From Malacoraja senta (taxonomy: Eukaryota), in the NCBI GenBank assembly GCA_038087875.1, contig CM075991.1, positions 13,206,001 through 13,270,000 of the forward strand: a stretch of 64,000 bases of DNA, given 5' to 3'. This document shows positions 10,788-23,032 of the stretch, piece after piece. The notes under the pieces are model-generated. The model had not been told where the DNA came from. It ran no database searches and saw nothing but the letters and a program-made list of their open reading frames with translations. A program made the translations under genes and the position numbers. Numbering within the stretch: position 1 is the stretch's first letter; every line of letters begins with the position of its first letter.

Positions 10788-13118
10788 CTGGTGTACACCA
10801 ACATTAAAGATGCATATAGAGCAGCCCCCCTCCCCCATATCGGCAACTCTGACCACCTAGCGGTTATGCTCACACCTGCATACAGACCCAGGGTGAAACA
10901 GGACAGGCCAACGGTCAAAGAAGTCAGAACATGGCCACAGGGAGCTACTGCAGCACTACAAGACTGTTTTGAAACCACACAGTGGGCTGTTTTCAGAGAG
11001 GCAGCAACAGATGACAGTAGCATCAACCTCCAAGAATACAGAATCCGTCATCGGATACATCAATAAATGCACTGATGATGTAACGGTGGTAAAAACCGTC
11101 AGGAGGCGTGCCAATCAGAAACCTTGGCTAACTGGGGAAGTGTGTTCCCTACTGAGAATCCGGAATGCTGCATTCAAATCTGGGGACAACGCAGCATACA
11201 AACTGGCAAGGAGTAACCTATCCCGGGGGATCAGGGAAGCGAAGAGGCTGTATGGACAAAAACTTAATAGCCACTTCGCAAATGACAAAGACACACGTCG
11301 CTTGTGGCAGGGATTTCATACCATCACTGACTACAAGCCCCCACCCGCTGCGGATATGCCAAAACGACCCCTCTCTACCAGATGAACTGAACGAGTTCTA
11401 CGCACGGTTTGAGGTTGAAAACACCACCCAGACACGTGCACTACTGCCATCTCCCAGTGACCAGTCGCTCAGGCTGTCCGCAGCCGGAGTTAAAAAGGCC
11501 TTTGCCAGCATCAACCCACGCAAAGCTGCAGGGCCGGACAACATTCCTGGATGCGTTTTAAGAGACTGCGCCGAGCAACTGAAAGATGTCTTCACAGACA
11601 TTTTTAACATCTCACTCAGCCAGGCAGTAGTGCCCAACTGTCTTAAGAGTGCCACCATCGTCCCTGTCCCGAAGAAACCAAACCCAGCCTGCCATAATGA
11701 CTTTCGACCAGTGGCTCTAACACCCATAGTAATGAAGTGTTTTGAGCGACTGGTTATGCAGCATATCAAAAATAGTCTACCTGCCGACCTAGACCCACTG
11801 CAGTTCGCCTACAGAGCCAACCGATCCACAGAGGACGCAGTCTCAACAACACTGAACCTCGTACTGTCACACCTTGATCGGAAAAATACTTATGCCAGGA
11901 TCCTCTTCATAGACTTCAGCTCTGCTTTTAATACAATCATTCCGCAGCAGCTGGTGGAGAAGTTGGAGCTATTGGGGGTTGATGCTGGCACATGTAACTG
12001 GGTCCTGAACTTTCTATTGCAACGGCAGCAGACAGTCAGGGTGGGCAGTAGGACATCAAAAACCATAGCCGTGAGCACTGGCTCGCCCCAAGGCTGTGTC
12101 CTAAGCCCCCTACTGTTTAGTCTGCTAACACACGACTGTACTGCTAGACTCAACAACAACTTCATCAACAAGTTCGCTGATGACACAACAGTGGTGGGTC
12201 TCATCAGTGACAATGATGAGTCGGCGTACAGGATGGAGGTGGAGCTGCTCACAGGATGGTGCAAATCCCACAACCTCATTCTCAACGTGGGAAAGACTAA
12301 GGAGATGGTGGTTGACTTCAGGATGGCGGGAAAACAACACCATACACCTCTGCACATCGATGGAGCTGATGTGGAAAGGGTCAACAGCGTGAAGTTCCTA
12401 GGACTCCACCTGTCAGATGACCTGACGTCCACGACCAACACCACAGCACTGGTCAAGAGAGCCCAGCAGCGACTACACCCTCTCCGAAGACTACGTAAAG
12501 CAGGTCTCTCCACTACACAACCACAAACTTTTTATAGGGGGACAATCGAGAGCACATTAACCTACGGCATCACTTCCTGGTTCGGGAGCTGCAAGGCGTA
12601 CGAACGGCACCAACTAGACAGGATTGTGAAGACTGCCAGCAGGATTATTGGTTCTCCACTCCCTTTCCTGCTGGACATATACAGGAAGAGATGTATCAGC
12701 AGAGCCATCTCCATCATCAAAGACCCCTACCACCCATCGCATCACATATTCTCCATCCTGCCATCTGGGAAGAGGTACAGGAGCATTAGGTGCAAAACCA
12801 GCAGGATGCTCCTCAGCTTCTTCCCGCAGGTTATAAGACTGATAAACGGACTTTGCCCCCTGCCAAAGTATCGTGCACCAACCACCAACCTGGACACACT
12901 GCAGCAGAGCCACTGTCGTGCCGCTGCCGATCGGAACGCCTGTTGATGTTTAGTAGAGAGTAGAGTGTTCATTTGTTCATGATATATGTATTTTTTACTT
13001 CTATTTATTTTTTACTGCACACTGAAATGGACACTGGTTGAGGAACGTTTTTTTGTTTCCTCTGGGTATGTGAATACTCAGGAAATGACAATAAAGATAT
13101 ACAATACAATACAATACA
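10788..13118 (+). mobile_element. Rex1/Babar-clade LINE, 5'-truncated, in an intron of the IL-1 family gene
   Basis: RT ORF 11165-12946 ([33 protein letters not shown]). The endonuclease tail (SDH) is frameshifted. (TACAA)n tail; TSD atattggt at 10780-10787 and 13119-13126. Confidence 0.9.
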
Positions 13119-13770
13119 ATATTGGTACGGCTGTAATTAGCTCCGGAGCAGCAGCGATGTTATGAAACTTTTCAAAGAGCAGAGAAGGGAGAGGTGATTC
13201 CAGTGCTAAGGATGGTGCCAATGGTGGAACAGTTAAGAACGGAGGAAGACTGCGATGTGTAAGGACGATGGGCTGCAGGAGATGCTGCGGCAGGGTGGGT
13301 CTGATCATGTGCAGGATCAAGTTAGATTGGATAGGGAGCCAGTTTGGGTAATACTAATAGAAAGTGATATTATATATGTTCCATCAATGGGAGCTAGCCA
13401 GGAGAGAATTAGAGTAGCCAGGAGAGAATTAGAGTAGCCAGGTTGAAAGCTAGATGGTATGAATCTCCCCAACTTTTACAGATGTTTAAGGAGATTCAGC
13501 ATCTCACCACTCCTTAGGCTCTTGGACAACCCTACCTTAGCAAACATCCGTCGTGGACTTTGCGCTATAACGCAAGATTAAAGCCACAGCAAGTAAGAGT
13601 TTAATTGTTCTGATCCCAGAGCAAATAACAAACACTTGATTCTTTATACTCTTGAACGATGAGCTCAGCGGGACTATGAGTGAAATAATCACCATTTTCC
13701 GAGCTGCAAGCGGGGAGGTGTTTTTTTCAGGAAATGTTAGCAAAGTAGCGAGGGTCTCATTTAAACTCAC

Positions 13771-13815
13771 ATCCTCCACTTCAGCCTCTTTATCCACACA
13801 GGTGCTGACCGGAGT
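13771..13815 (-). CDS. Candidate pro-domain exon of the IL-1 family gene
   Basis: cccttcttcag|ACT..GAGGAT|gtgagt reads TPVSTCVDKEAEVED, and phase 0 joins VETIG. Alternative acceptor gives a start at 13804. Upstream coding exons are unresolved. Confidence 0.45.
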
Positions 13816-14395
13816 CTGAAGAAGGGTCTCCACCTGAAACGTCACCCATTCATTCCCTCCAGAGATGCTGCCTGTCCCGCTGAGTTACGCCAGCATTTTT
13901 GCCTATCTTCGGTCCTGACCACTCCTCCCTGCAAAAGCTCCCGAGTTCGGCCACTCTCCCAACCCTCGGACACTCGCCCCTCCCCCAGTTCCGACCGGAC
14001 ACCCACGCACTTCCCCATTCCGTCGTGTCAGTGAAAGCGAGCGGACAGGACAAAGATCGCCAATTCTCAGATCAGGAATCATGTTTCAGTCTGAAGATGA
14101 GCCCGACCCGAAAAGTCACCCATCCACGTTCTCCAGAGTCGCTGCCTGACCCCTCCAACTGTGTCGTTATTTTAATCATGCCTCAGGTCGTGGACCCGAG
14201 GACAGGTGCCGGGGGTGGAGCGCCTACTGTTTCTCCTTGTGCAAGCGCTACCTCGGTCCTGGCTGGTGACATCTTGCATCTCCTTTCCCTGACAGTATTA
14301 TAGGGTTACCGGTTACGGTTAGGTACTATAGCGCCGTTTCACTTAATTCCCAAACATCTTAAGGACAATTATAACCAATACTAGAGATCTCTCTT

Positions 14396-16250
14396 CTTCT
14401 TCTTCTTGTAGGATTCCGGCAGTGTAGACGCTGCTAAGCGTATTACTGCCCTCCACAGGTCAAAGTTTGAACTAAATTCTTACATACAGTCCTGTAACTT
14501 GCAGGAATTGAAGAACAGCCCTGGATATCAGTTGATGTTTCTCATTGTGTCCAAACAAAGATAAAACAGAAAAAGCCTCAACTCCAAGTCCTGTCAGTCT
14601 AACAAACAATACTTTTCTTTCTACCCTATACTTTTTACATTCTAGGAAAACATGCTTAACTGTCTCATTACTCCCACATTCACACAAGCCAGAAACATGT
14701 TTCCCTACAATGCACAAATAGTAATTTAACCCAGTGTCCCAACCTCAATCTACACAGTTTAACTGAGTCCCTACGGGACAGAGATGTACAGAAACATATT
14801 TTCCTAACTTCAGATTGTATAGAAAAGTAGTGTCTACCCCTGACTTCCATTTCCCATCCTCTCTGCCATTCTTTTGTTAAGCCCTCTTTAATTATTTCTC
14901 TCAGTTCCACTCTCCCCAATGATACATGGATATCTATTTCTCTTCTTAAACTCTCCTTTGCTATGAGGTCCACCTGCTCATTCCCTCACCCCAGCATGCC
15001 CGGGAACCCAGCAAAAAGTGATGTTACACGCAAACCCAATTCTAGAAAACACACTCAAGATTTCATTTAGAATGTCAGGACGAGCTTTAGATTTCCCTAC
15101 TCTTAATGTTTCAAGAGCAGCTGCAGAATCAGAACAGATAATGACTTCTCTAAAACTGGCTTCCTCAATCCACCAGAGAGCCCATTGAATTGCCATTAAT
15201 TCAGTCGTGAGAACAGAACTTCCATCAGAAATGCGCCGGCCAATCTTCAACCCAAGCTGCTCCACATACACTCCAAACCCAGCTCTCCCACTAACTGGAT
15301 CTTTAGATCCATCTGTAAAAACAATCAAAGTACTCTCACTGATTGAATTAAGATATTCCACTATTCTTGGAGTCACCTCGCGCTTATCTTTTTCCTGAAG
15401 AAAAGCAAGCTCAATAAACAGTTCAGGAAGAACCCAATAGGGCACAGGTAGCCTTATTGTATGCTCTATAATACCCCCTTGTTCCAAACCCAGCTTCCTA
15501 GCCCACTGATTTATAATGACAAAAAATGTGTTATATTTGTTACCATCATCAACCTCTTGCAACAAACACCTTGCTGGGAAGGTATCATTACACCCACAAA
15601 GTTTAGCCCAGTAATGTAACCCTAGCTTAATGCGCCTTAACCATAAGGGCATTTCTCCCATTTCAACAATCAGGGCAGGGACTGGGGAAGTCCTGAAGGC
15701 TCCACAGCAAAGCCTCAAAGCTTTTGCCTGCAACACATCTAGCCTAGCCAGAACAGTTTTAGACGCAGACCCATACACAAAACACCCATAGTCAACAGAA
15801 GATCTGATCATGGCCTGATAAATTAGCAGCATTGTCTCCCTGTTGGCCCCCCACTCACACCCAACCAGACTTCTCATAACATTCAGAACTTTTTCACACT
15901 TCAACACAATTTTACCTACATGCCCAGCCCAAGTCATACGCTCTTCAAACCAAACACCCAAAAACTTAAAAACCTTTACCTTCTCCAATAGAGACCCATA
16001 CATATACAGCCCTAACTTAGATAACTTTCTTTTAAAACCAAATACCATATATTTAGTCTTAGAGGCAGAGATTTTAAAGCCCCATGTGTCCCCCCATTCC
16101 TCTACAGACACTAACACTCTTTGAATCTGTTTTAAAACAAACTCTACATTACAACCTCTTTTCCAGATGGCCCCGTCATCTGCAAACAAAGACAGACCAA
16201 ATCCTCTCTCTAATTTACAAAATATGTCATTTATCATGATATTAAATAAA
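14396..16250 (-). mobile_element. Nimb/I-group LINE fragment with RT end, RNase H and CCHC
   Basis: LFADD, VFTDGSKD, IICSDS, WVPGHAGV, RLRLGH, CECG..ETVKH motifs. (AAG)n tail; TSD actagagatctctct at 14380 and 16251. Confidence 0.88.
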
Positions 16251-18412
16251 ACTAGAGATCTCTCTTTGAATTAAACCATTTAAAAAGCCGTGTTCTTGTA
16301 CTAATCGCCACCCAATGACTGTCGCAGATAAATAGCAGCGAGTAGATGTGGCGCTGATTCTCTCTCAGCATCACCTGGTTGAATAGCCTTTCGGGCCAAG
16401 AGAACAAAACGCCTCGGGCCAGTGCCAAATGAGGAACCCTACTGCAGCAGGAAAATCTTTCACCACACACGCTTCCAGCCTGGTCTATTTTTGTTTTCGC
16501 TTCACAGCATCTGCAAAGTGTTCCTTTTGGACTATTGTGGAGGTTTTTAATCTCATAACCACCCACCCCCCCCCCCCCCCAAACTAATTGTTTGCATCAT
16601 CAGTGGTGCAGAAGTGGGAATGGCACTTCACATTCCTTGCTGTTAATATTACTAATGATCTGTCATGGAGCAACCATATTGATGCAACAGCTATGAACGC
16701 ACACCAATTTATCTATTTTCTGGAGAGAATGAAGACATTTGGCATGTTTCCAGTGTATAGTATATCTGATCTGTTGGGATGGCATGTAAAACAAAGCTTT
16801 TCACTGTACCTCGAAACGTGACAATAATAAACCTAAAGCTGATCCAACCTGATGCAAGAAAAGCCATGTGCCAGACAACATCCTACTGTCCCACTGAAAA
16901 AGTGTGCTCCTCAGCTAGCTGAGCCTCCAAACAAACCATTTCAGTACAGTTGGGAAATTGCCCTGGAATATCCTATTCTCTAAAAGCAGGAAAAATCCAA
17001 TCCACCTAATTACTATTCAGTCAGGCTATTGTCAATCATCATCAAAGTGACGAAAGCTGCAGTGTTATCAAGTGAAACTCACCAATAACTTATTCCCCAT
17101 CACCCAATTTGGGTTCAACTCCAGACATCATCACAAACGTTGTCCAACCAAAGACTAAAGGGCTGAATTGCAGAGGTAAGGTGAGAACGACTGCCCTTTA
17201 ATTCAAGGCTTGCTGGAGTTCGGAGTCGGTCACCAACCAGGTCAGCTCCCGATGTTACCATCCACAGGGCCCACGCCCGAAGTCTCACGTGTGTGTGTGA
17301 GCGGTCACCAAGAAATTGTGTCTCCCCGTGTTTTGATAGCGATTTCCGCCATTGCTCTACAAAACACAATCTGCATACTCTGGCAGCAGCTCTCAAATCC
17401 ACAATCTCAGCCATCAAGAGAGCTAATGACAATAGGTGTCTGCTATTTCTTTCTTGGTTCCACACCATCCTGACCCGGAAGTAGATTGCTTTTCCTTCAT
17501 TGCATCTAAGACTTGGAACTCTCTGCCAAACAGCCCTTTGAGGAACCTTCACCTGAAGGACTGCATGAAGATGGCCTTTACAGAGCAGTTAAGGGATAGG
17601 TAAGAAAACTCCTCACCCTGTCATCTCTGCAAACAACCCCCTCACCCACTCCCTCTGTGCACCCAGTTTGAGAGATCTACTCAGCTACTTATATTGTACT
17701 GCTGTATGAACAACTTTTAACCCTGAACAATCTTTGGAACCCTCTCATTCACAACTGAACGGTACTTCCATCAGCTAGAGTGCATTCCTGACCTCCCATC
17801 TTCCTGATCGGAGACCTAAATGTCGTCCCCTTTATCCTTTATCTGTACACCCTGCATTGCTTGTTTTGTCTTGTTTTCGTGGCTTGTTTTCTTTGACTGC
17901 ATAGCACACAAACTAAATGTTTTCACTGTACTTCAGTGTACATGACAATAATAAACTAAACTAAAGATCCTAGAATCCATTCTCAGATGATAAGTAGGTA
18001 AATAACAGCAAATATTCTTGCAATTGGAGCTAATATAAATAAATTCATTTCTTTTTTGCTAAATGAGTAGCAAATTCATCCAGTATATCTAACCCTTTGC
18101 TCTATATATTGTACTTGAGTTTGACTTGATTGCATTTACTTTTGAGTTCTCTGATCTGTTTAGATAGCATGCAATATGTACCTATCGGCACATTGACAAT
18201 AAACCTAATCCTAAACCAACATCAACAATCAAGAAGAAAAGTGCATTAATAATTTAATCTTACGTTCTAATCTTACGAACGATGATAAACAGATATTGCA
18301 AGGTCAAACCCCAAATTAAAATATATAGATGGAGAACTGTCCCCAGAAGTATGGATCAATAACATTATCCTAGTTTAGTGCAGCATTCCGCTTTGTACAA
18401 AGACATACTCAC

Positions 18413-18553
18413 TTAGCTTTCGAGGGTTTATTGAGCTTCGCCTCACTGATGCTCACCAGCTAATGCCTGGTACGTTCCTGGTTTCTCCCTCCTTTATATA
18501 GAAATAAAGGTGAGGCTTTCAACTACCAGTTGTCTGACTTCCTGTTGTGTAAT
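18413..18553 (-). promoter_or_regulatory. Putative promoter and non-coding exon 1 of the IL-1 family gene, proximal copy
   Basis: C/EBP-type TTGTGTAAT (18545-18553) abuts ETS/PU.1 CAGGAAGT (18537-18544). TATATAAA at 18493-18500. A gtgagt donor at 18407-18412 would close a ~55-nt exon with no ATG. Confidence 0.6.
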
Positions 18554-18665
18554 AATCAGATTTCATGAAAGTGATATGGCACCATATCAGGCATAACATA
18601 AGGTTCATAAGCATTTAACACATAGTTGTGTGAAACCAATGTTGTGCAATGTCAATGGCAAGTCT

Positions 18666-20120
18666 TTTTTTAATGTTTTTATTTTTTATTTTATTTTTTA
18701 GAAGTAAGTACAATAATGTGTTACCAAAGTACCTAATACTTATTGACATATTACATTTCATATACAACTTCTTATTTTTAATTTAATAATAAAGCAAAAA
18801 TAAGAAATGAAAGATTACAAAAGGAAAGATTGAGATGAAGTGTTGCGTGAGATAGCAAAATAGCCCTAGAAAAAAAATGAGGAGAAAAAAAGAAGAGAAT
18901 AAAGAAAAAAGAAACAAAAGAGAAGAGGAAAGGAGATTGAAAGCGATAAGTCTATTTCATAATCCTGTTTCTGAACCATTATATTTCTATGATTGTGTTG
19001 CACCATATGCTTGTAGAAAGTCGATAAAGGGAGACCATATCAATAAGGTCTACCTTACCTACTAGGAGTCGTATTTCTTCAAGATATGCCGTTTCTGACA
19101 TATTTGAAATCCACATTTTCAGTGTTGGTGTTGGCGAATCTTTCCAAAATTTAAGTATGAGTTTTTTTGCCATTATTAAACTGTAATTAAGTAAGGATTT
19201 TTGATACGTATTTAGCTTATTCCCGTCTTCCAGTGATCCAAAGATAATCATTTCTGTATTCGATTCCAGTCTTCTATTAATTAAATTTGTAAAAATTTCA
19301 TTCCAGAATTTATGAAGTTTTATACAGGAGACAAAAGAGTGTTATAGTGGCATTCTCAGCTAAGCATTTATCACATATTGGTGAGATATTTGGATAAAAT
19401 TTATACAATCTAGCTTTCGAGTAATATAGTCTATGTAAAATTTTAAGTTGGATTAAATTATGTTTTACATTAATCGAACATTTATGTATATATATCAGGT
19501 ATTTTTCCCATGCTTCTTTCGCAATTTTTATCTGTAATTCTTGTTCCCAATCTACTATAATTGCTTCTGTCGATGGAGGTTCTATATTTTAAATGATATT
19601 ATATGTATGATATTAAATTGCTTGAATCTGCTTTAATATTCATCGCTTCATCTAGTGAATCTAAAGTTATATATTGATATCCTTGTATGTGTTTTTTCAA
19701 ATAATCTCTAATTTGAAGGTATTTAAAGTATTGATTATTTTTCAAGTTGTATTTTAATTGTAGTTGTTGAAATTATTTAAAAAAATCCCATTTCATACAA
19801 ATCTCCAAAGCTTTTAATTCCTAATCTTTCCCAAAAGGTATACGCTTCATCAATAAGAGATGGCTTAAATGAGGGGTTATTTACTATTGGAGTTAAAAGC
19901 GATAAATTTCTTACTTTCAAAGTTAGTTTTATTTGTTTCCAAATTCGAATTGTGATGTGAATAATTGGGTTCTTCTTATATATTGTATTGTTTAATTTTA
20001 TTGGGGAGAAGAGGATCGCTCCTATATTAAAAGGAGAACAATCCTCTTTCTCCATTCTTATCCATTCTACCTGTTGGGCAGAGCTGTCCCACCAATTAAT
20101 TATGTTCTTAATATGTACTG
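18666..20120 (-). mobile_element. L1/Tx1-clade LINE, 5'-truncated and degenerate
   Basis: A-rich tail at ~18666-18700. ORF2 C-terminal remnants (NPIIHITIRIWKQI, QLKILHRLYYS, CDKC, AKKLILKFWK). Confidence 0.82.
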
Positions 20121-20349
20121 CCTATCGGCACATTGACAATAAACCTAATCCTAAACCATCAACAAACAAGAAGAAAAGTGCATTAATAATTTAATCTTAC
20201 GTTCTAATCTTACGAACGATGATAAACAGATATTGCAAGGTCAAACCCAAAATTAAAATATATAGATGGAGAACTGTCCCCAGAAGTATGGATCAATAAC
20301 ATTATCCTAGTTTAGTGCAGCATTCCGCTTTGTACAAAGACATACTCAC

Positions 20350-20490
20350 TTAGTTTTCGAGGGTTTATTGAGCTTCGCCTCACTGATGCTCACCAGCTAA
20401 TGCCTGGTACGTTCCTGGTTTCTCCCTCCTTTATATAGAAATAAAGGTGAGGCTTTCAACTACCAGTTGTCTGACTTCCTGTTGTGTAAT
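20350..20490 (-). promoter_or_regulatory. Putative promoter and non-coding exon 1, distal duplicate copy
   Basis: Near-identical to 18413-18553: donor 20344-20349, TATA 20430-20437, ETS 20474-20481, C/EBP 20482-20490. Confidence 0.6.
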
Positions 20491-21859
20491 AATCAGATTT
20501 CATGAAAGTGATATGGCACCTTATCAGACATAACATTAGGTTCATAAGCATTTAACACATAGTTGTGTGAAACCAATGTCAAGTCAAGTCTATTCTCATT
20601 TCCTTCTGAATATCCTGATCCAAGAAAAACAAAAATTGATTCATTTGTTAATCTATGTGAAATCTTTAGAGACTACGACCCGCACTTTGGCATTCGTGCC
20701 GGATGACTTAACTTGGGTTTTTATGTTAATACCTTGTTAATAAAGTGATATCTCAAATGTAGCCTTGTGTAAAAAAAATCACAAAACATTGTGAATGAGA
20801 TGTCAATATACAAAATGTTAATTGTAACATTAAAACAGAATATCTTTATTTGTTCTGTTGTGTGGTTAGCAATGGTGTACTTTTAACAATTCCATTTTAT
20901 GGCACTAATTTTCCCGAATGTGATTTCACTCTTGCCATCGGGTAGAAGGTACAGGAGTCTGAAAGATGTGAGCTCCAGGTTCAGGAACAGCTTCTTCCCA
21001 ACAACCATCTGGCTATTGAACACTACAAACACCAACTAAACTTCAAACTATGAACTGTATTAGTTGTATGAGGGATTTGGGCTTCGGTTGTGTTTTGAAC
21101 TATAGTGGGGGTTTTCATTTCTTGAACTTTTTTGTTTGCTTATTTTGTTATCTCTTCAGTACAGTGTTTGCAAAAGTATGGTGCTGCAAGCAAGAATGTT
21201 ATTGTTCTTTCGGTACATATGAAAATTAATCACTTAACTTCACTACTTTGAAAGGCTCACTGAGAAATTTGACAGTTAATAATAAATGAAGAATGGAATT
21301 AGTAATTGGCAAATGAGAAGTTCCACGTTTGATTAATTAGATCCTTCACAAGGCTGAAAGTGCCCAGGCCTGGTGGGGTACTTGATCTGACCGTACTCCT
21401 AAAACACATGCGCAACAACCGTCTGAAGGTTTTGCAGACATCTTCAGTCTCTCATTACTGAGGTTCCCTCCTGCCTTAAAAGGACTTCAATAATACCGGT
21501 GCCCAAGACAAGTATGGTGACATGTCTCAATGATCACTGACCAGTGACACTGATGTCTGTGGATGAAGTGCTTTGACACGTTGGTTATGACACATCATCT
21601 CCGGCCTTAGTAAGGGCTGGGCCCACTACTATTTCTCTACTGTGAAATTGGATCAACAATATTGATTACAATATTGTTTGCAATGGATGAAATACATTTG
21701 GAGGCTGGAGGCATAGATTTAAGACAAAATATGATGTATACTTGTTGGTACATGAAACCGTGTTGTTGAGATCAGACTATTTGACTGAACTGATTTCACA
21801 CTTGACTGGAGAGAGACAGTGGGTAACAAATAACACATCTAATTTGCGTATTGTTTCCG

Positions 21860-21995
21860 GTTTGGGGTGGGAGATTGCAACCTTCACGTGGTCCACCCTG
21901 TTTAGACGAATGCAATCAACCCGACATGCACAAACAAGCTCAAATAGAACAAGTTGACCTGCATCTTTAGGCTGTGCATGCCATACACAAGAATT
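21860..21995 (+). mobile_element. Short non-autonomous element sharing the Vingi 3' end
   Basis: Same ~135-bp sequence as 46969-47110, flanked by tttccgg repeats. The tail ctttaggctgtgcatgccatacacaagaa matches 62284-62323(-). Confidence 0.7.
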
Positions 21996-21999
21996 TCCG

Positions 22000-22750
22000 G
22001 AAGTGGCGGCGCTGCCAAGCAGCTCGCTTGCAGTCCGTCTGTCTTTTCCTTTTTTTGTTTTATTTTGTCTTGTTAGATGTACGTTTTAGACTAATTTTAG
22101 TTGTGTATATGTGGGTGGTGGGGGAAACTTTTTTTAACTCTTCCTTCAACAGGAATGCGACCTTTTCCTTGTCATATCTTTGTCTCCGTCTGCGCCGAGG
22201 CCTAATATCGTGGAGCTGGAGGCCTCCAACTGGAATCGACCTTGGGGGCTCCGGTGGCAGAGCCTGTAGACTCACCATCGCGGAGCTTGCTGACTCCGGC
22301 TGTGGTGGTGCTGTGGCTGCGACCCGACTTTGGAGCTTCGGCCGCGAGCCATGTGGACGGTAGCATCGGGTGCTCGCAGGTCCCTGGTTGGTGACCGATT
22401 CTCGGGAGCTCCCGCAACAGCAGCTTCATCCACCACGGGTCGCGGAGTTTGAATCAGCCCATTCGCGGAGCTTGGAATCGGCCGCGGGATTTACCATCAC
22501 CCTGCGAGGGCTTCAACATCGAGAGCCTTGATCGCCTCGACGCAGCGGGAGAACAAGCAAGGAAGAGATAAGACTTTTTGCCTTCCATCACAGTGAGGAG
22601 ATGCCTGGAGATTCACTGTGATGGATGTTTGTGTTAAATTCTGTTCATTGTGTGTATTATGTTGCTTTTTTTTCTGTCATGACTGCAAGCTACGCAATTT
22701 CTTTCTAACTATTGTTTGAATGACAATAAAGGAAATTCAATTCAATTCAA
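22000..22750 (+). mobile_element. Unclassified non-autonomous retroposon
   Basis: GC-rich body with no ORF, ending tgacaataaag..(ATTCA)n, like the tail of the Rex1-type element in this window. Confidence 0.45.
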
Positions 22751-23032
22751 GAAGAAGAAGGTTACCGGTTAGATGACTGAACTGGATCACATTTACATGA
22801 CATTCCCTATGGATTACTCATGGGATGGGACAGTTTTTATTTCCATAATGATCCCAGTTTTCCCATTTACACTTCTCATCCCTTTTATCTAGCCATGCAT
22901 CAACCTTTTCTTTTGATTAACATGTAATGAGCATCCCTGCCTTGTAACTCACTTCCAGTGAGCTGTACTGATGCTGTGCACACAGCATCAGGCCAACAGT
23001 CGATGATCTTTTCCTTTATTTTGATTTATTTA

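Noticed and set aside
13396-13442. 20-bp tandem repeat (agccaggagagaattagagt); also a ~30-bp degenerate pair at 1301-1365
   Set aside because: Simple local slippage duplications with no spacers; not CRISPR-like and no evident function.
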